Source: Podarcis erhardii
Lineage: Eukaryota
Assembly (NCBI GenBank): GCA_964252035.1
Contig: OZ176211.1
Reading direction: 5' to 3' (one strand)
DNA: 64,000 nucleotides
Part shown: positions 61,378 through 64,000 of the stretch, one piece after another
Numbering within the stretch: position 1 is the stretch's first letter
Layout of the letters: every line of letters begins with the position of its first letter
Made by a program: the position numbers and the translations under genes
The notes under the pieces: model-generated
What the model was told of the DNA's origin: nothing
The model's database searches: none
Seen by the model: only the letters and a program-made list of their open reading frames with translations

Positions 61378-62375
61378 ACCTGCGAGGGTCGCAGAGGAAG
61401 AATCCGGAAGCGGCTCGGCTCGGTCGGTCGGGGAACGAAGGGCGGCGAAGGAGCCTCGGGCTTGGTGCCCCCGCCTTGTTTCTGGTCCAGGTCGCCTGAC
61501 TGCTGTCCCCGAGGGGCCTCCGCGGATCCAGCTCAGCCCGGGATAAGGAGAACCGGGACTGCGTGGCCACAGATACTTGTGTGTGTGCATTTATATAGCC
61601 GTTCCTCATCTTCCTGAAGGTATCCAAGCGGGGGCCTGGCCAGCACCCCCTTTTCCTCAGCCAGTGACGGGTGGGTGGGTGGGTGGATGCTTAGGGAGCA
61701 CCCGTCTCGCAACTGGGCTCTTGCACCCATCATCATCCCCTGTCCTTTTAGCTAAACCAGAAAACCATAGCCATGAAATTGCCAGCAACTGCATCGTGCT
61801 ATGAAGCAACAGGTGTAGAGAACGAAATTCTAGGTTACTGCTAGTGATTTTGTTGTTACTAGTCCTCTCTCTTGCCTTGCTCATTATGGTTTTATATATA
61901 TCTTTACTAAGCTTCTTTTCTGAATGCTGATCCTTGACTGTCCTAAAGAGATTGGCTGGTATTTAGAACAGTGGTCGTCTTCAGCCTTTTCAGACCCAGG
62001 AGAGAGCTTTTGCCCCAACACAACATGTGTTTGGGGATCCACTTCTTAATTACACTTAATTTGCTATTTATTCTGGAGGGGTGGTGTGCTTGTTATGAGC
62101 CAGCCTTCGGCCAGTTGTGACCCAGCAGTAGTTCCTGAACCACTAGTTGAAGATTAATTTTTTGGATAATTTGGAGAAGGAACCCCCTACAAATGGTTGT
62201 TGTTGGTTTTTTTTGTGGTGGTGACTTGAATTTTGCCCACTTTGGTTATCAGTTCCCAAGTCCATGGTTGATTGTACTTTGCTATAACAAATGCTGGGTT
62301 TTCTTACCTTTTAAAAAAAGCTTTAGAATGGGAAGACCCACGTTCAGTTCCCAGCTCAACCTGAAGTTCAGTAAC

Positions 62376-64000
<1,625 letters not shown>

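Larger units (their letters stand above)
61080..61690 (+). promoter_or_regulatory. CpG island / promoter and probable non-coding first exon (ODAD2/ARMC4 by synteny, inferred)
   Basis: Abrupt GC- and CpG-rich segment in an AT-rich, CpG-poor background; contains RFX boxes, an E2F-like TTGGCGGGA (61125), a CRE-like TGACGTC (61154) and GC boxes. Confidence 0.8.

Noticed and set aside
61021-61884. ORFs of 67-189 aa on both strands over the CpG island
   Set aside because: Low-complexity products of high GC and the GGC repeat; none resembles the recalled ODAD2 N-terminus or any protein I recognise.

Overview
Vertebrate genomic DNA, inferred to be from a squamate reptile (probably a lacertid lizard, judging by the Sauria SINE variant and the transposon set). 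2963-38009 (+) holds the last 14 constitutive coding exons of MPP7 (MAGUK p55 scaffold protein 7). All splice sites are GT-AG and all phases are compatible. They give 524 aa plus stop; the first ~52 codons lie upstream of the window. The 11.8-kb HOOK-region intron contains two extra cassette exons (21 nt and 42 nt) that together add a 21-aa MPP3-like insert; the 42-nt exon alone creates an immediate stop. After the 3' UTR (~40.5 kb) and ~20 kb of repeat-rich intergenic DNA comes a CpG-island promoter with two RFX X-boxes (61.1-61.7 kb), probably the promoter of ODAD2/ARMC4 by synteny. About 1 kb downstream, an intronless, frameshifted ETNPPL retrocopy runs off the window end. Repeats include Tigger-like, Tc2-like and hAT MITEs, Sauria and tRNA-Lys/CR1 SINEs, CR1, RTE, L1 and DIRS fragments, a clean solo LTR, microsatellites and a 130-N gap. 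Family and gene names come from recalled sequence knowledge, not from database searches.
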